From the human T2T-CHM13v2.0 reference genome, Homo sapiens, in assembly GCF_009914755.1 (NCBI RefSeq), contig NC_060932.1: DNA of 64,000 nucleotides, one strand, 5' to 3'. Each line of letters opens with the position of its first letter. Position 1 is the stretch's first letter. The notes under the pieces are model-generated. The model worked only from the letters and a program-made list of their open reading frames with translations, ran no database searches and was not told the origin of the DNA. Shown piece after piece: positions 26,086 through 42,060 of this stretch. Position numbers and translations under genes: made by a program.

Positions 26086-26441
26086 TGCTATGGTCTCAAT
26101 GTTTGTGTCTGCCTCCCTCCCCACATTCATATGTTGAAGTCCTAACCCCCAAGGTGATTATATTAGGAGGTGGAGTTTGGGGCAGCTGATTAGGACATGA
26201 AGGTGGATTTAGTGTACTCATAAAAGAGACCCCAGGGTCTCTTTTCCCCTTCCACCATAGGAGGATACAGCGAGAAGGCACCATCTACGAACCAGGAAAT
26301 AGGACCTCGACAGACACCGAATCTGCCAGCACCTTAATCTTGGACTTCCCGACCTCAAGAACTGTAGGAAATAAATTTCTGTTGTTTATAAGCCACCCAG
26401 TTTATGATATTTTGTTATAGCAGCCGAAGCAGACTAAGACA
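26086..26441 (+). mobile_element. MLT1A-like MaLR solo LTR
   Basis: tgctatggtctcaatgtttgtgtc...gcagactaagaca; 5-bp TSD gcata at 26081-26085 and 26442-26446. Confidence 0.9.
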
Positions 26442-26557
26442 GCATATGTAGAAATAATCACTTTGATTCATACAGTAGGAAAGTCAGAAACAAGGAGGTT
26501 CCTGAAGATTAAAACAGATAATTATTATGCCTCCCTTTGATATAATGAATTACTTAC

Positions 26558-26689
26558 ATCAAACCCTCTGACTTTTGCAAACAAGACCTGAAGGTAATCC
26601 TCACTGGTGCCCTGGTGTAATTCCACTGATGTCAGTAATACTCTCTATGTAGCTATGCAAACATTGCATCAAGAAGTCTTCCAGCAGAC
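26558..26689 (-). pseudogene. Candidate relic exon (132 nt) with an apparent 1-nt frameshift
   Basis: gtgcctgtcttttatgaag|GTCTGC...TTTGAT|gtaagt; (G)LLEDFLMQCLHSYIESITDISGITP, then GTSEDYLQVLFAKVRGFD if one G of the GGG at 26610-26612 is removed. Confidence 0.55.
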
Positions 26690-26948
26690 CTTCATAAAAG
26701 ACAGGCACAGTTGAAAACCTCAAATAAGTTTCCAGGCATGTATTGTTTTCTGTGTTGTAAGTCAGTAATGGCTTTAAGAAGCAATATGAAATAACAACTT
26801 TTGAGAATGTGAGAAAGAAATCCATCTCCTTAAATATGTACATTGATTCTAAGATGTGAAACTTTTCTAGATATGCTAAATGTGCAAAATGTATAAAGCA
26901 TATTAAATATATAAGGTATAATAAGGTCTTTTTGTAAGAAGAAATAGA

Positions 26949-27226
26949 GGCCAGATGTGGTGGCTCACGTCTATAACTCCAACACTTAGGAAGGCCAAAA
27001 CAGAAGGACTGCTTAAGGCCATGAGTTCTAGACTAGCCTGGGCAACACAGTGAGACACTCTGACTCGACAAAAAATACAAAAATTAGCTGGGCATGGTGG
27101 TGCGCACTTGTAGTCCCTGCTACTCAGGAGGCTGAGGCTTCAGTAAGCCAAGATTGCACCACTGTACTCCAGCCTGGGCAACAGAGTGAGATCCCATTTC
27201 AAAAACAAATAAAGAAAATAAAACCA
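26949..27226 (+). mobile_element. AluJ with right-arm deletion and TSD
   Basis: TSD aagaaataga at 26939-26948 and 27227-27236. Confidence 0.93.
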
Positions 27227-27869
27227 AAGAAATAGACTCTGAAATGCTCTTCCGCTCAGCTCCTTCTCCATCAGTGTTAGACTCTGTGAGTTTCATTTAA
27301 GTCTTTGTATTGCTCCCTTCCTCCTCCCCTCACCACTCCAGAATGAGGCACAGGGAGGACAATGGGATCACTATTGTCTCAGAAACAAGAACAAATTAAT
27401 ACAAAGCCTGGTTTCCCTCTCGTTTTCCTCTCTTGAAATTTCTTCGAAGTCTTTGACCGTGATTTGGGTACTATGAAGGACATCTGTCCTAAGCATCCTC
27501 TTAGGTCTTCTAGAGTATATGCTGTTATTTAACTAAACAGAAGAATAACCACACTTACATGCAATACAATTTAGATTTGAAATCATGTTTAAATTCTATC
27601 TAAAGACCCATACTACTTACTTATAAGCAAAAACTTAGTATAAAACCTATATATTTCCTTATTGGCATATTATCTGCCTGTTCCACTAGAATTTCAGATC
27701 CATGGGAACAGGGATTTTGTCTTGGGTATATTGGCTGGGTGAGTAAATGAATATCTTCTCCCTATCAGCAGTGTCATTATACAATTGCAAACTCCTTTCA
27801 TTTTTACAGAAGACCACAGGACTCATTTCCTGTTATAAACTACTCATGTTGGTTCATTCATTCATTCTC

Positions 27870-28320
27870 TACTAAAGTCTTTCATGATCTGGCTCCTGCC
27901 ACCCCTCTAGCTTTCCCCCATAGGATGCCCGCCTTGCTCTCCAGCAATACTAGCTTTGGCTCAATTCTTAGTAAGCTGCATGTTCCCTTCTACCTTAGAA
28001 CCTCTGCTCTGGCCTTTCTTCTGCCCATCTCCAACACCTTCAGATTTCTGCAGGGAAACCTTCCCTGATCCCCACTGAGACTAGGTGTGGTACCTGCATT
28101 TTATAGTCTCATAGTTCCTTGTTTTTGCTGTTGTTGTTTTCTATCATAGTACTTAACACATTTGTAAAATGTATTTGTGTGATTATTTGATTAACTTCAC
28201 TCCCAACCCCACTCTTCTCAGCCGCATGCCTTCCTATCCCTATTAATATCCCTGCCACCTAACACAGTGCCTGTCACATAGCAACTGCTCAATAAATATT
28301 TATTGAACAAATAAATGAAT
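27870..28320 (+). mobile_element. L2 LINE 3' fragment
   Basis: Ends cacagtgcctgtcacatagcaactgctcaataaatatttattgaacaaataaatgaa. Confidence 0.75.
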
Positions 28321-29549
28321 TATGCTTCTAGAAACATAATCTATTACCAAATATGTAAGTCCGTGTTATACCATATCATTCTTCTCTAGGGCTCAAGTTA
28401 GTAGGTACTTAGTCAACATTTGTTGGTTAATTGAAATCATCATTTATCTCCAGCAAACACCATTCTCCTATGTCTGTATGACACTAAACAATTTGTTGCA
28501 AAATTGCTGGGAAATAAACTACTCTCTATTTTTTTCTACATACTAATACAAAAGCAGTTTGTTTTTGTTTTTGTTTTTCACCGAATTTATTAGCTGTTTT
28601 GGCATTAAGAACGTGACTGGATGGAAAATAGTTGGCAGGGAATCAATTACTCGACTGATCAGTATTTGTCTCTGTGGCTATATTTGAAAACATCTGGAAG
28701 AACACTTTAATTATCCTCTGAATATTTGGTGTCTCGTGCTCTCAGCCTCTGAGATAATCTCTCTCCATATTATTCCTAAATGAAAGGTATTCTGTTGACA
28801 AAATCAATGTTTTTTGACAGAGGGGAATTTGTGGGACATTGAAAATACAGAATAATGGGCTCCCAGGCTAAAAGGGCTAAAACGCATTCATTCTTTTAAG
28901 AGGAGGAGCAAAGAAGTCTTTAGCTTAGAAAACTGCAGAAAAATGAAATTCCATGTAACATCCTATAACTAAGAAGCTAGTCACATAGGGAGCCTTGGGA
29001 AGAGTACAGATTTCTTGGGGACCCAGACAAAACCATCCTGACTTAAGGAGGCTAAAGAGCGATATCCAAACAACAGGAAATCAGTAATAATTATAAACCT
29101 AGAGTCTATTCATATACCTTGCTTTCAAATAATTTCTTTATATGTATTCTTCCCATCTATGGTTATCTGGATTTCTGCCACTAGGCAATTTTTACTAAAT
29201 TGTCTGAAATTCTTGGACAAAATCCCAAACAGCCCAGGAAATTTGGGCAGTATTTGCTAAGTCAGGCCATTCTTATGGAAAGCCCCTGTTAGGAAGTTTA
29301 ACCTCTGTTGAAGAAGCCATCCTCTTCCCTGCCTTGCCCACTACTCTCTCAAGCCCACTAGTAGTCAAGCAGGGAGTGGCTTCTTCACTGCCCCAAGAGC
29401 TTTTCTGTCAATTTCTCATCCAAATCATCCTCGTTTGGGTCTGGCAGATGCTGCAAACCTGCAGCATGAACTCTCGCAGTCTCCCTTTGCTCCATGTGAA
29501 TGAGAGATGAAGTCTAGCTTATTTGGAGCTCACTCTAGCAAGGAATTAC

Positions 29550-29555
29550 CTGCCC
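29550..29555 (-). pseudogene. Candidate 6-nt microexon
   Basis: ccttctctgtgtttattgtttcag|GGGCAG|gtaatt; frame-preserving, phase 1 to 1. Confidence 0.45.
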
Positions 29556-30656
29556 CTGAAACAATAAACACAGAGAAGGACCCAGGTGCTGCAGGAGGGA
29601 CAGAAATGACTAGAAGCCAATAGCATCATAGTGATTATCCACACCTCCATGCCAAGGGGAAGTGTTCTTATGTTAAATCCTACTCAAGCTTTACTGTCTT
29701 TAGGCAAAAACACACATTTTCCTATTAGGCTTTAGCTTGATGTCAGAAAGAGCCAAGGAACTAAAGCAATGGCAACTGCCATGTCTCGGGTTGTGATATC
29801 CATAAATAGTTCAACCAAATTATCTCAAGAAGAAGGAGCTTCCCAGACTGCCTGATCATTACTAGTTACAATGCACAATTCTATCTTGGCCTCCAGGAGA
29901 AATGCAATAGGGCTGAGACTTAGTTCTCAATGCCATGAGGGAAAAAAAACATTAGATTTTGTTTAACGTGACTTCAAATATTTCATTACTCTTCTATAGA
30001 TCTCATTAGAAGGACTGGACTACCAAATTTGGAATAAAAGCTTTTCACTTTCACTTTCTTGTTACATCCAGGTGAGTCATGTTGCTCAGGTAGTAATTAA
30101 ACCATAAAGACTTAATGGGGGAAAAGGAAGTGGGATGAAAAGAGCTAAGTCTACTCAAGTTTCATTTGATATCAATGTATCTGCCCTGCCCCCATTTATT
30201 TTATTTTCTCCATTTGTTCCTCATACACAACTGTTTGACCAAGTAAATATCAGATTAATCTTCATGACTTTTTTCCAAACAGGCACAAAACATTACTGAG
30301 GTCTAAGCCATATGACTTTGCCTGCAATTCTTCACTAGCTCTCGTCTGGGGCCATTAACTTATTTTGAAAAGTTTCCAAGAAATTCAGTAGATTTCCCTT
30401 CCTGAAAAGCCAATTTCCTAACTGTTCAATGAGATGGCTTTTGAGACTCATATCAACAAATTAGGAAAGTAATAATGTTCCTATTCTAACAGGAAATTCA
30501 CTATTGCTGGTGCTGCTGCCCTAATTATACTATAATAGAATTTCAAAAGAATCTTTTTTGAATTAGAAAACATCCCCTCTACTTGCTGCATAATATCCTC
30601 TTCGGTCCTCTATACTAAATGAGTCCATTTGGAAAGTAAGGAGGGGTATAAATTAC

Positions 30657-30733
30657 CTTTTTTCCAGGAATCAACAAGCCAGGTTTTTACTCCATTATCA
30701 TATGTCCTGTTTTGTTTTACTAAATCTCTTGTA
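30657..30733 (-). pseudogene. Candidate relic exon (77 nt)
   Basis: ccttatttaag|TACAAG...AAAAAG|gtaatt; TRDLVKQNRTYDNGVKTWLVDSWKK, phase 2 to 1; acceptor position uncertain. Confidence 0.45.
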
Positions 30734-30999
30734 CTTAAATAAGGTTTCCGCTTAATCAGTCACCAGAAAAGAGAGCAGGATTTTTTTTTAATTAAAATGG
30801 GTGCATAGCTTTCTTTTCAGTAACATACACATTCATCAAGAGTTATAAATGGAAATGGCTACCCCATGACAAAGCTTATTTTTCTACTTAGCAAATACAA
30901 ATATATAAACACACACAAACCTACCTAGGATACAGCTTTGCATTTTGAATCGTAATTTACACAATTTAACCCTTTCAAGAGATTAAAAAACTAACTCAC

Positions 31000-31211
31000 A
31001 GTATGCAGTCACTCAGTGCCTGGGATCTCGGGGCCTTCCTCGGTATCACGACAGATTTTAACACCAGGAGATCAGATGCCTTGCAACTGAGATCACTCAT
31101 AATTAGCGAATATTGTACTTGAACATTTGACAGCTCTGTAAAAGTTTTGGTGAGACTGTCACTTTTATTTCTTTTGTAGTTGCCTTTGCAAACAGGAAAC
31201 AGGAAACACAC
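31000..31211 (-). pseudogene. Candidate relic exon (212 nt), fully open
   Basis: gtgttcttgtag|GTGTGT...CATACT|gtgagt; the ORF-track entry 30996-31211 coincides with these splice boundaries (VCFLFPVCKGNY...QALSDCI). Confidence 0.6.
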
Positions 31212-31589
31212 CTACAAGAACACTGACGTGTATCAGCCTAATTGGTTTTTGGTTCAAAGTACTCAGGAATGAGTCTTGTAACCCAGGAATAACAGGCACA
31301 GTCTCCAAAGAGTAGGAATCAGCTCTGAGCATCTCACAGTCCACTTCTCTGGACAGATGCTACGCAGGCAATTTATTACAGGGAGAAACAGGCATGCTGG
31401 GTAACATTCAGGCCTTATGGTCTTAATTCAGGAAGGATTATAAACATTAGAATAAATGAACTTAAATATAAATATATACATATACATATATATTAAATAC
31501 ATTATTTAAATATATATCAATTATTTAAAAGAATAATATGTTAAAATAATGTAATGTATGTAATTTTTCCTGGAATGTATATAGAAACT

Positions 31590-32100
31590 ATCACTTAGGA
31601 ATCATTTGGTTACAAGTAACAGAAAACCCAGCTCAAACTCACTTATACAAATAAATAACAAAATAAGGAAATGTTTGTTTCATTGAGCTGGGGAAAAAAC
31701 CCAAAAGTAAGACTGGTTTTGGGAAACCATAAGTTTGTTGTATCATTTGATTCTAGACAATTCTCTTGGTACAGGTATTCTTTGTGAATTGGCTTCACCC
31801 TCAGGCTGCTCCCCTCCTGGCGCAATAAAAATGGCTGTAGCAGTTCAAGATCATATATCTATCATCCAAGAGGACAGTGTCAGCGTCATGGCAGTCCCAG
31901 TGAAAGTTCTGAGGTCATTCTGAGGGCCCATTGCTGAATCGGCCACTGTATTTTGGGGTCTCATATATCAAATGGCTTAAACTAGTCAAGGCTTATCCCT
32001 GGAGGTAAGAGTAGGGTCAATCCAAACAAACATCACACAGAGAGACATTGGGGTTAGAGGAAAGGGAAAGTGGGAAGTGGATCAGCAAATGTCCACCACA
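31590..32100 (-). mobile_element. Old MLT1 (MLT1L/M-like) LTR relic
   Basis: tcacttaggaatcatttggttacaagtaacagaaaacccagctcaaact terminus; boundaries approximate. Confidence 0.5.
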
Positions 32101-32251
32101 ACAGTGCTTGACAATAATCTGAAGACTGATATTTGAGGATATGTGTCTATAAAAACCCTAGTACTCAGGTGATCTGCAGATGTCCAAAAGAGAATGAGTG
32201 GAAGTTCAATAGATATTGATGACCCAAGGCTCTATATTTAGCTGGACTTTC

Positions 32252-32576
32252 TTTTTTATTTATTTATTTATTTATTTATTTTTGCAGAGTTCGGGAGACA
32301 GAGTTTCACTCTGTCACCCAGATGGGAGTGCAGTAGAGCAATAATAGCTCAGTGTAACCTCAAACTTCTATGCTAAAGCAATCCTCCTGCCTCAGCCTCC
32401 AGAACAGCTGGGACTGCAGGGATGCCCCAACATGCCTGGCTAACCTTTTTTTTTTAATAGAGATGAGGGCTTGCTATGTTGCCCAGGCTGGTCTCAAACT
32501 CCAGGCCTCAAGTGATCCTACCACTTCAGTGTCTCAAAGTGCTGAGATAACAGGCACAAACCACCACACCCAGCCT
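32252..32576 (-). mobile_element. AluJ with (TTTA)n tail
   Basis: gagacagagtttcactctgtcacccag...ccaccacacccagcc; imperfect TSD ggactttct / gaactttct. Confidence 0.93.
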
Positions 32577-32749
32577 GAACTTTCTATTAACATTGGATTT
32601 GCTCTCTGAGAAAATAGTTCAGAATATTTCCACTCTGTTTATTAAATACATTTTACAGTGTATGAAGCACTCTTCCATTTGATCTTCTATTTTGTCATGA
32701 AAACAACCCTGTCAGCAGTGGGCAGGCATCCCCACTGAAAGCTTAGACA

Positions 32750-33226
32750 GTGGGGAAGACATTGCCAGTTGCCTATCCAATAACAAGTCTACCCTTTTCC
32801 CTTACAGAATCTTGATTTTGTCCAGGGCAGGAATTTGCCATGTTATGATTCAGCTAAGAATGATGGCCAGGTGGAACAATTTTGTTCTGGAGATGCAAAC
32901 AAGCTGAAGTTACTAGGTAGGGCTCCTGGAAAGGTACTTTCAAAGGACCCTGGCATTCACTTTTTGTTCTTTGCCCTTCTTCTTCATCATGCCTGCAACT
33001 CTGATGCAAAGCTGGAGGAAGATTTATCTCTTGCAGTCATGAAGTCACAAGCATGAAAACAAAAGCCACATGCTGTGAACGAAGCCTAAGCTGAAAGAAG
33101 GAGTCACTGCACTGGGCCTGGCTTGCCTGCTTCTAGGCTGTTACATGAGAAAAAGTAAATCCTATTTGGTTAAGCCACTGTAGAAGGATTCTTGTTACAG
33201 GCCACTGCACATAATCCTAACTGATA
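32750..33226 (+). mobile_element. MLT1J/K-like LTR inserted in a MIR
   Basis: gttgcctatccaataac...atttggttaagccactg...ttcttgttacaggcc...ataatcctaactgata. Confidence 0.65.
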
Positions 33227-33568
33227 GGAAGAGGTTTCTCAACCAGGTGATGACAGATCAAGGCTTAAACACAAGCCTTTCGACTCCCTGTCCGGTGATA
33301 TTTCCAATAAATTGCATTGCCTCTTTAAAAGCAGAACCCATACTCTGAATACTATACAAACAGGCATTTTAAATGTATGCTTTTTTTCTCAACAAATAGC
33401 TTATTTAAATGATCTGAGACATAGCTCAAATGGTGAGAGGAGATTCATTGCTTTTTGTTTGTTTTACTTTTTAACATGTAGCACTCAAACATTTGCAAAA
33501 TTTCTAAATATCCTTGGCTACAGCAAAGGAAAGCTAGTTCATTTTACCAAAATTTATTTCGAGGCTAC

Positions 33569-33640
33569 CTAAGGAAGAATTAGCCAGCTTCCCACATCTT
33601 GTTGTGAATGAGGGTTTTCTTCCTTGACTTTCTCATCCAC
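33569..33640 (-). pseudogene. Candidate relic exon (72 nt)
   Basis: ttatcttgtaatagccag|GTGGAT...CCTTAG|gtagcc; VDEKVKEENPHSQQDVGSWLILP* with a terminal TAG; weak donor. Confidence 0.25.
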
Positions 33641-33704
33641 CTGGCTATTACAAGATAACAGGGTTCTCATGAAGTGTGGAATAACTGAGCCAAAAGTAAA
33701 GGAG

Positions 33705-34970
33705 GAACTATACCCAAAGATTAATTCCAGAGGAATTAAAGATTTAGTTGTAAAAAGCAAAAGGTTTAAACTTTTAGAAGAAAATACAGGGAAACATCCT
33801 TCTGATCTTTAAATGGGAGAGAAGTTCTTAAGGCACAAAAGTGTTAACCATAAAAGGAAGGCAAAGTTGATAAATTTGCAGCCGTAATATGAAGAGCTTG
33901 CATTCATCCAAAGGTACAATGAAGAAGGCAAAAACACAAGCCAATATGTGAGACAAGTTTGCAACACTTGAAATGAACAAAAGACCAGTATTCAGGTTAT
34001 AAAAAGAAATGTTATATATCAGTCATAAAAAGACAACACAATAGAAAAAACATAAGCAGAAGATCTGACAGGCACATCACAGAAGAGAAAAACATGAATG
34101 GTGAATGGATGTAGGAAAAGATGAGCAACCTCATCTTTAATTAAGAAAATGCAAATTAAACTGATAGTGGGGGTAGAAATTGATATAACCACTTGGAACA
34201 ATTTAACCTTCTCTTATGAAGTAGAATGCTCTCATACCCTCCCTCTGAGCAAATCACTCCTATGTATATTCTCTAGTGCTATGGTTTGAATGACAGTGTC
34301 CCCTCTAAAATTTATATGAAAACTTAATCCCCAATGCAACAGTATTGAGAGATATGGCCTTGGGGGTGGTGATTAAGTCATGAGGGCTCCACCCTCACAA
34401 CTGGGATTAGCACACTTATAAAAGGGCTCCAGGTTGAAGGGAGTGCCCTCTTGCCCCTCTGCCCTTCTGCCATGTTGAGGACATAGCATTTATCCACTCC
34501 TGAGAAGGCAACACTCTTGGAAGCAGAGACTAGGCTTCACGAGACATTAAACTTCCTGCATCTTAATCTTGGACTTCCCAGCCTCCAAAATGGTGAGAGA
34601 TAAATTTCTATTAGTTATAAATTACCCAGTCTCAGGTATTTAGTTATAGCAGTACAGACAGACTGAGACATCCAGAGAAACTCTTGCACACTTTCCCAGA
34701 AGACATGCACAAACATGACTTTTTCGACATAGCAAAAAGCTAGATTTAACACAAATGTCCATCAACAAGAGAACAAGGAAATAACTTGAGTGATAGTCAT
34801 TAAATGGAATATTAGATAACATGGAATATCGATAAACCACAGCAGCATGCAATAGCTTGGGTACACCTTAGAAACATAATGAATGAAAGAAAGCAAGTAA
34901 CAGCCAACTACATACAAATGGTATCTTTTTCACATATAAATAAGCCCAAGAATAGCAAGAATGAACAATA
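33705..34970 (+). mobile_element. Old L1M (L1ME-like) ORF2 C-terminus/3' relic, interrupted by the MST LTR
   Basis: aattccagaggaattaaagattt...aaacttttagaagaaaatacagg...aaatgtccatcaaca. Confidence 0.7.
34277..34670 (+). mobile_element. MST (MSTD/MSTC-like) MaLR solo LTR
   Basis: tgctatggtttgaatg...gactgagaca; TSD tctag / tccag. Confidence 0.88.
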
Positions 34971-36264
34971 TTTGTGTTGAGGCAAACCCATATGTAATTT
35001 TTTTTTTACATTTCCACATTATTTTATCACATATGTACATCCATGTTACCACCACTACAATCAAGATAGAGAAGTGTTCCATCACCACACAGAACTCCAT
35101 CCTACTACCATTTTATAGTTATACTCACCCCTTGTGCCCCCATTCCTCATCCTTGACAATCACTAATCTGTTCTCCATCTTTATAATTTTGTCATTCCTA
35201 GAATATTAGTAAATACAATCATACAGTATGTGACATTTGGATATTTTTCACTCAGCATAATGTCCTTTAAATTCATCTAAGTTGTTGCATGTATCAGTGG
35301 TGTTTGTTCCTTTTCATTGCTGAGTAGTATTCCATTGTATGAAAGTACTACAGTTTGCAGGGGAGGAGCCAAGATGGCCAAATAGGAACAGCTCCGGTCT
35401 ACAGCTCCCAGCGTGAGCGACGCAGAAGACGGGTGATTTCTGCATTTCCATCTGAGGTATCGGGTTCATCTCACTAGGGAGTGCCAGACAGTGGGCGCAG
35501 GCCAGTGGGTGCGCGCACCGAGTGCGAGCCGAAGCAGGGCGAGGCATTGCCTCACTTGGGAAGCGCAAGGGGTCAGGGAGTTCCCTTTCCAAGTCAAAGA
35601 AAGGGGTGATGGACGTACCTGGAAAATCAGGTCACTCCCACCCAAATATTGCACTTTTCAGACCAGCTTAAAAAACGGAGCACCACGAGATTATATCCCA
35701 CACCTGGCTCGGAGGGTCCTACGCCCACGGAATCTCGCTGATTCCTACCACAGCAGTCTGAGATCAAACTGCAAGGCGGCAGCGAGGCTGGGGGAGGGGC
35801 GCCCGCAATTGCCCAGGCTTGCTTAAGTAAACAAAGCAGCCAGGAAGCTCGAACTGGGTGGGGCCCACCACAGCTCAAGGAGGCCTGGCTGCCTCTGTAG
35901 GCTCCACCTCTGGGGGCAGGGCACAGACAAACAAAAAGACAGCAGTAACCTCTGCAGACTTAAATGTCCCTGTCTGACAGCTTTGAAGAGAGCAGTGGTT
36001 CTCCCAGCACACAGCTGGAGATCTGAGAACTGGCAGACTGCCTCCTCAAGTGGGTCCCTGACCCCTGACCCCCGAGCAGCCGAACTGGGAGGCACCCCCA
36101 AGCAGGGGCACACTGACACCTCACACGGCAGGGTATTCCAACAGACCTGCAGCTGAGGGTCCTGTCTGTTAGAAGGAAAACTAACAAACAGAAAGGACAT
36201 CCACACCAAAAACCCATCTGTACATCACCATTATCAAAGACCAAAAGTAGATAAAACCACAAAG

Positions 36265-37281
36265 ACGGGGAAAAAACAAAACAGAAAAACTGGAAACTCT
36301 AAAACGCAGAGTGCCTCTCCTCCTCCAAAGGAACGCAGTTCCTCACCAGCAACGGAACAAAGCTGGATGGAGAATGACTTTGACAAATTGAGAGAAGAAG
36401 GCTTCAGACGATCAAACTACTCCGAGCTACAGGAGGAAATTCAAACCAAAGGCAAAGAAGTTGAACACTTTGAAAAAAATATAGAAGAATGTATAACTAG
36501 AATAACCAATACAGAGAAGTGCTTAAAGGAGCTGATGAAGCTGAAAACCAAGGCTCGAGAACTACGTGAAGAATGCAGAAGCCTCAGGAGCTGATGCGAT
36601 CAACTGGAAGAAAGGGTATCAGCAATGGAAGATGAAATGAATGGAATGAAGCGAGAAGGGAAGTTTAGAGAAAAAAGAATACAAAGAAATAAGCAAAGCC
36701 TCCAAGAAATATGGGACTATGTGAAAAAACCAAATCTACATCTGATTGGTGTACCAGAAAGTGATGGGGAGAATGGAACCAAGCTGGAAAACACTCTGCA
36801 GGATATTATCCAGGAGAACTTCCCCAATCTAGCAAGGCAGGCCAACATTCAGATTCAGGAAATACAGAGAACGCCACAAAGATACTCCTCGAGAAGAGCA
36901 ACTCCAAGACACATAATTGTCAGATTCACCAAAGTTGAAATGAAGGAAAAAATGTTAAGGGCAGCCAGAGAGAAAGGTCAGGTTACCCACAAAGGGAAGC
37001 CCATCAGACTAACAGCGGATCTCTCAGCAGAAACCCTACAAGCCAGAAGAGAGTGGGGGCCAATATTCAACATTCTTAAAGAAAAGAATTGTCAACCCAG
37101 AATTTCATATCTAGCCAAACTAAGCTTCATAAGTGAAGGAGAAATAAAATACTTTACAGACAAGCAAATGCTGAGAGATTTTGTCACCACCAGGCCTGAC
37201 CTAAAAGAGCTCCTGAAGGAAGCACTACACATGGAAAGGAACAACCAGTACCAGCCACTGCAAAATCATGCCAAAATGTAA
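36265..37281 (+). pseudogene. L1 ORF1 (disrupted)
   Basis: Start codon is ACG at 36265; in-frame TGA at 36592-36594; otherwise a 338-codon frame ending QNHAKM*. Confidence 0.95.
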
Positions 37282-37344
37282 AGACCATCGAGACTAGGAA
37301 GAAACTGCATCAACTAACGAGCAAAATAACCAGCTAACATCATA

Positions 37345-41251
<3,907 letters not shown>

Positions 41252-41686
41252 CATTGGGAGATATACCTAATGCTAGATGACGAGTTAGTGGGTGCAGTGC
41301 ACCAGCATGGCACATGTATACATATGTAACTAACCTGCACAATGTGCACATGTACCCTAAAACTTAAAGTATAATAAAAAAAAAAGAAAGTACTACAGTT
41401 TGCTTAACCACTCACCTATTGTAGGACATTTTGTTTGTTTCCAGTGTTGGGCTATTAAAAATAAAGCTGCTAGGAACAATTATGTACAGGCTTTGTGTAG
41501 ATAAAGTTTTCACATTCCAAAGTTTATCTGGAATAAGTGTCCAGGAGAGTGTTTCTGGGTCACATGGTAAATGTATGTTTAGTTTTAAAGAAACCACTAA
41601 ACTATTTTCCAGAGTGACTCTAGCATTTTAACCTCCAGCATTGCATGGTAATTCCATTTTTTTGCATCCTCACCAGCATTTGACAT

Positions 41687-42060
41687 TGATATGGTTTGAC
41701 TGTGTCCCACCCCAAATCTCATCTTGAATTGTAGTTCCCATAATTCCGTGTTGTAGGAGGGACCAGGTGGAAATAATCGAATCACAGGGGCGGTTCCCCC
41801 AATGTGTTCTCATGATAATGAGTGAGTTCTCACAAGATCTGATGGTTTTGTCAGGGGCTTCCCCCTTTGCTGAGCACATATTCTTCTCCTCGATGCCACC
41901 ATGTGAAGAAGGACATGTTTGCTTCCCCTTCAGCCATGATTGGAAGTTTCCTGAGGCCTCCCCAGTCATGTTGAACTGTGAATCAATTAAACTTCTTTCC
42001 TTTATAAATTGCCCAGTCTCAGGTATGTCTTTATTAGCAGTGTGAGAACAGACTAATACA
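41687..42060 (+). mobile_element. THE1 (THE1C/D-like) MaLR solo LTR
   Basis: tgatatggtttgactgtgtcccaccccaaatctcatcttgaattgtag...gactaataca, 374 bp; TSD gacat / ggcat. Confidence 0.93.
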
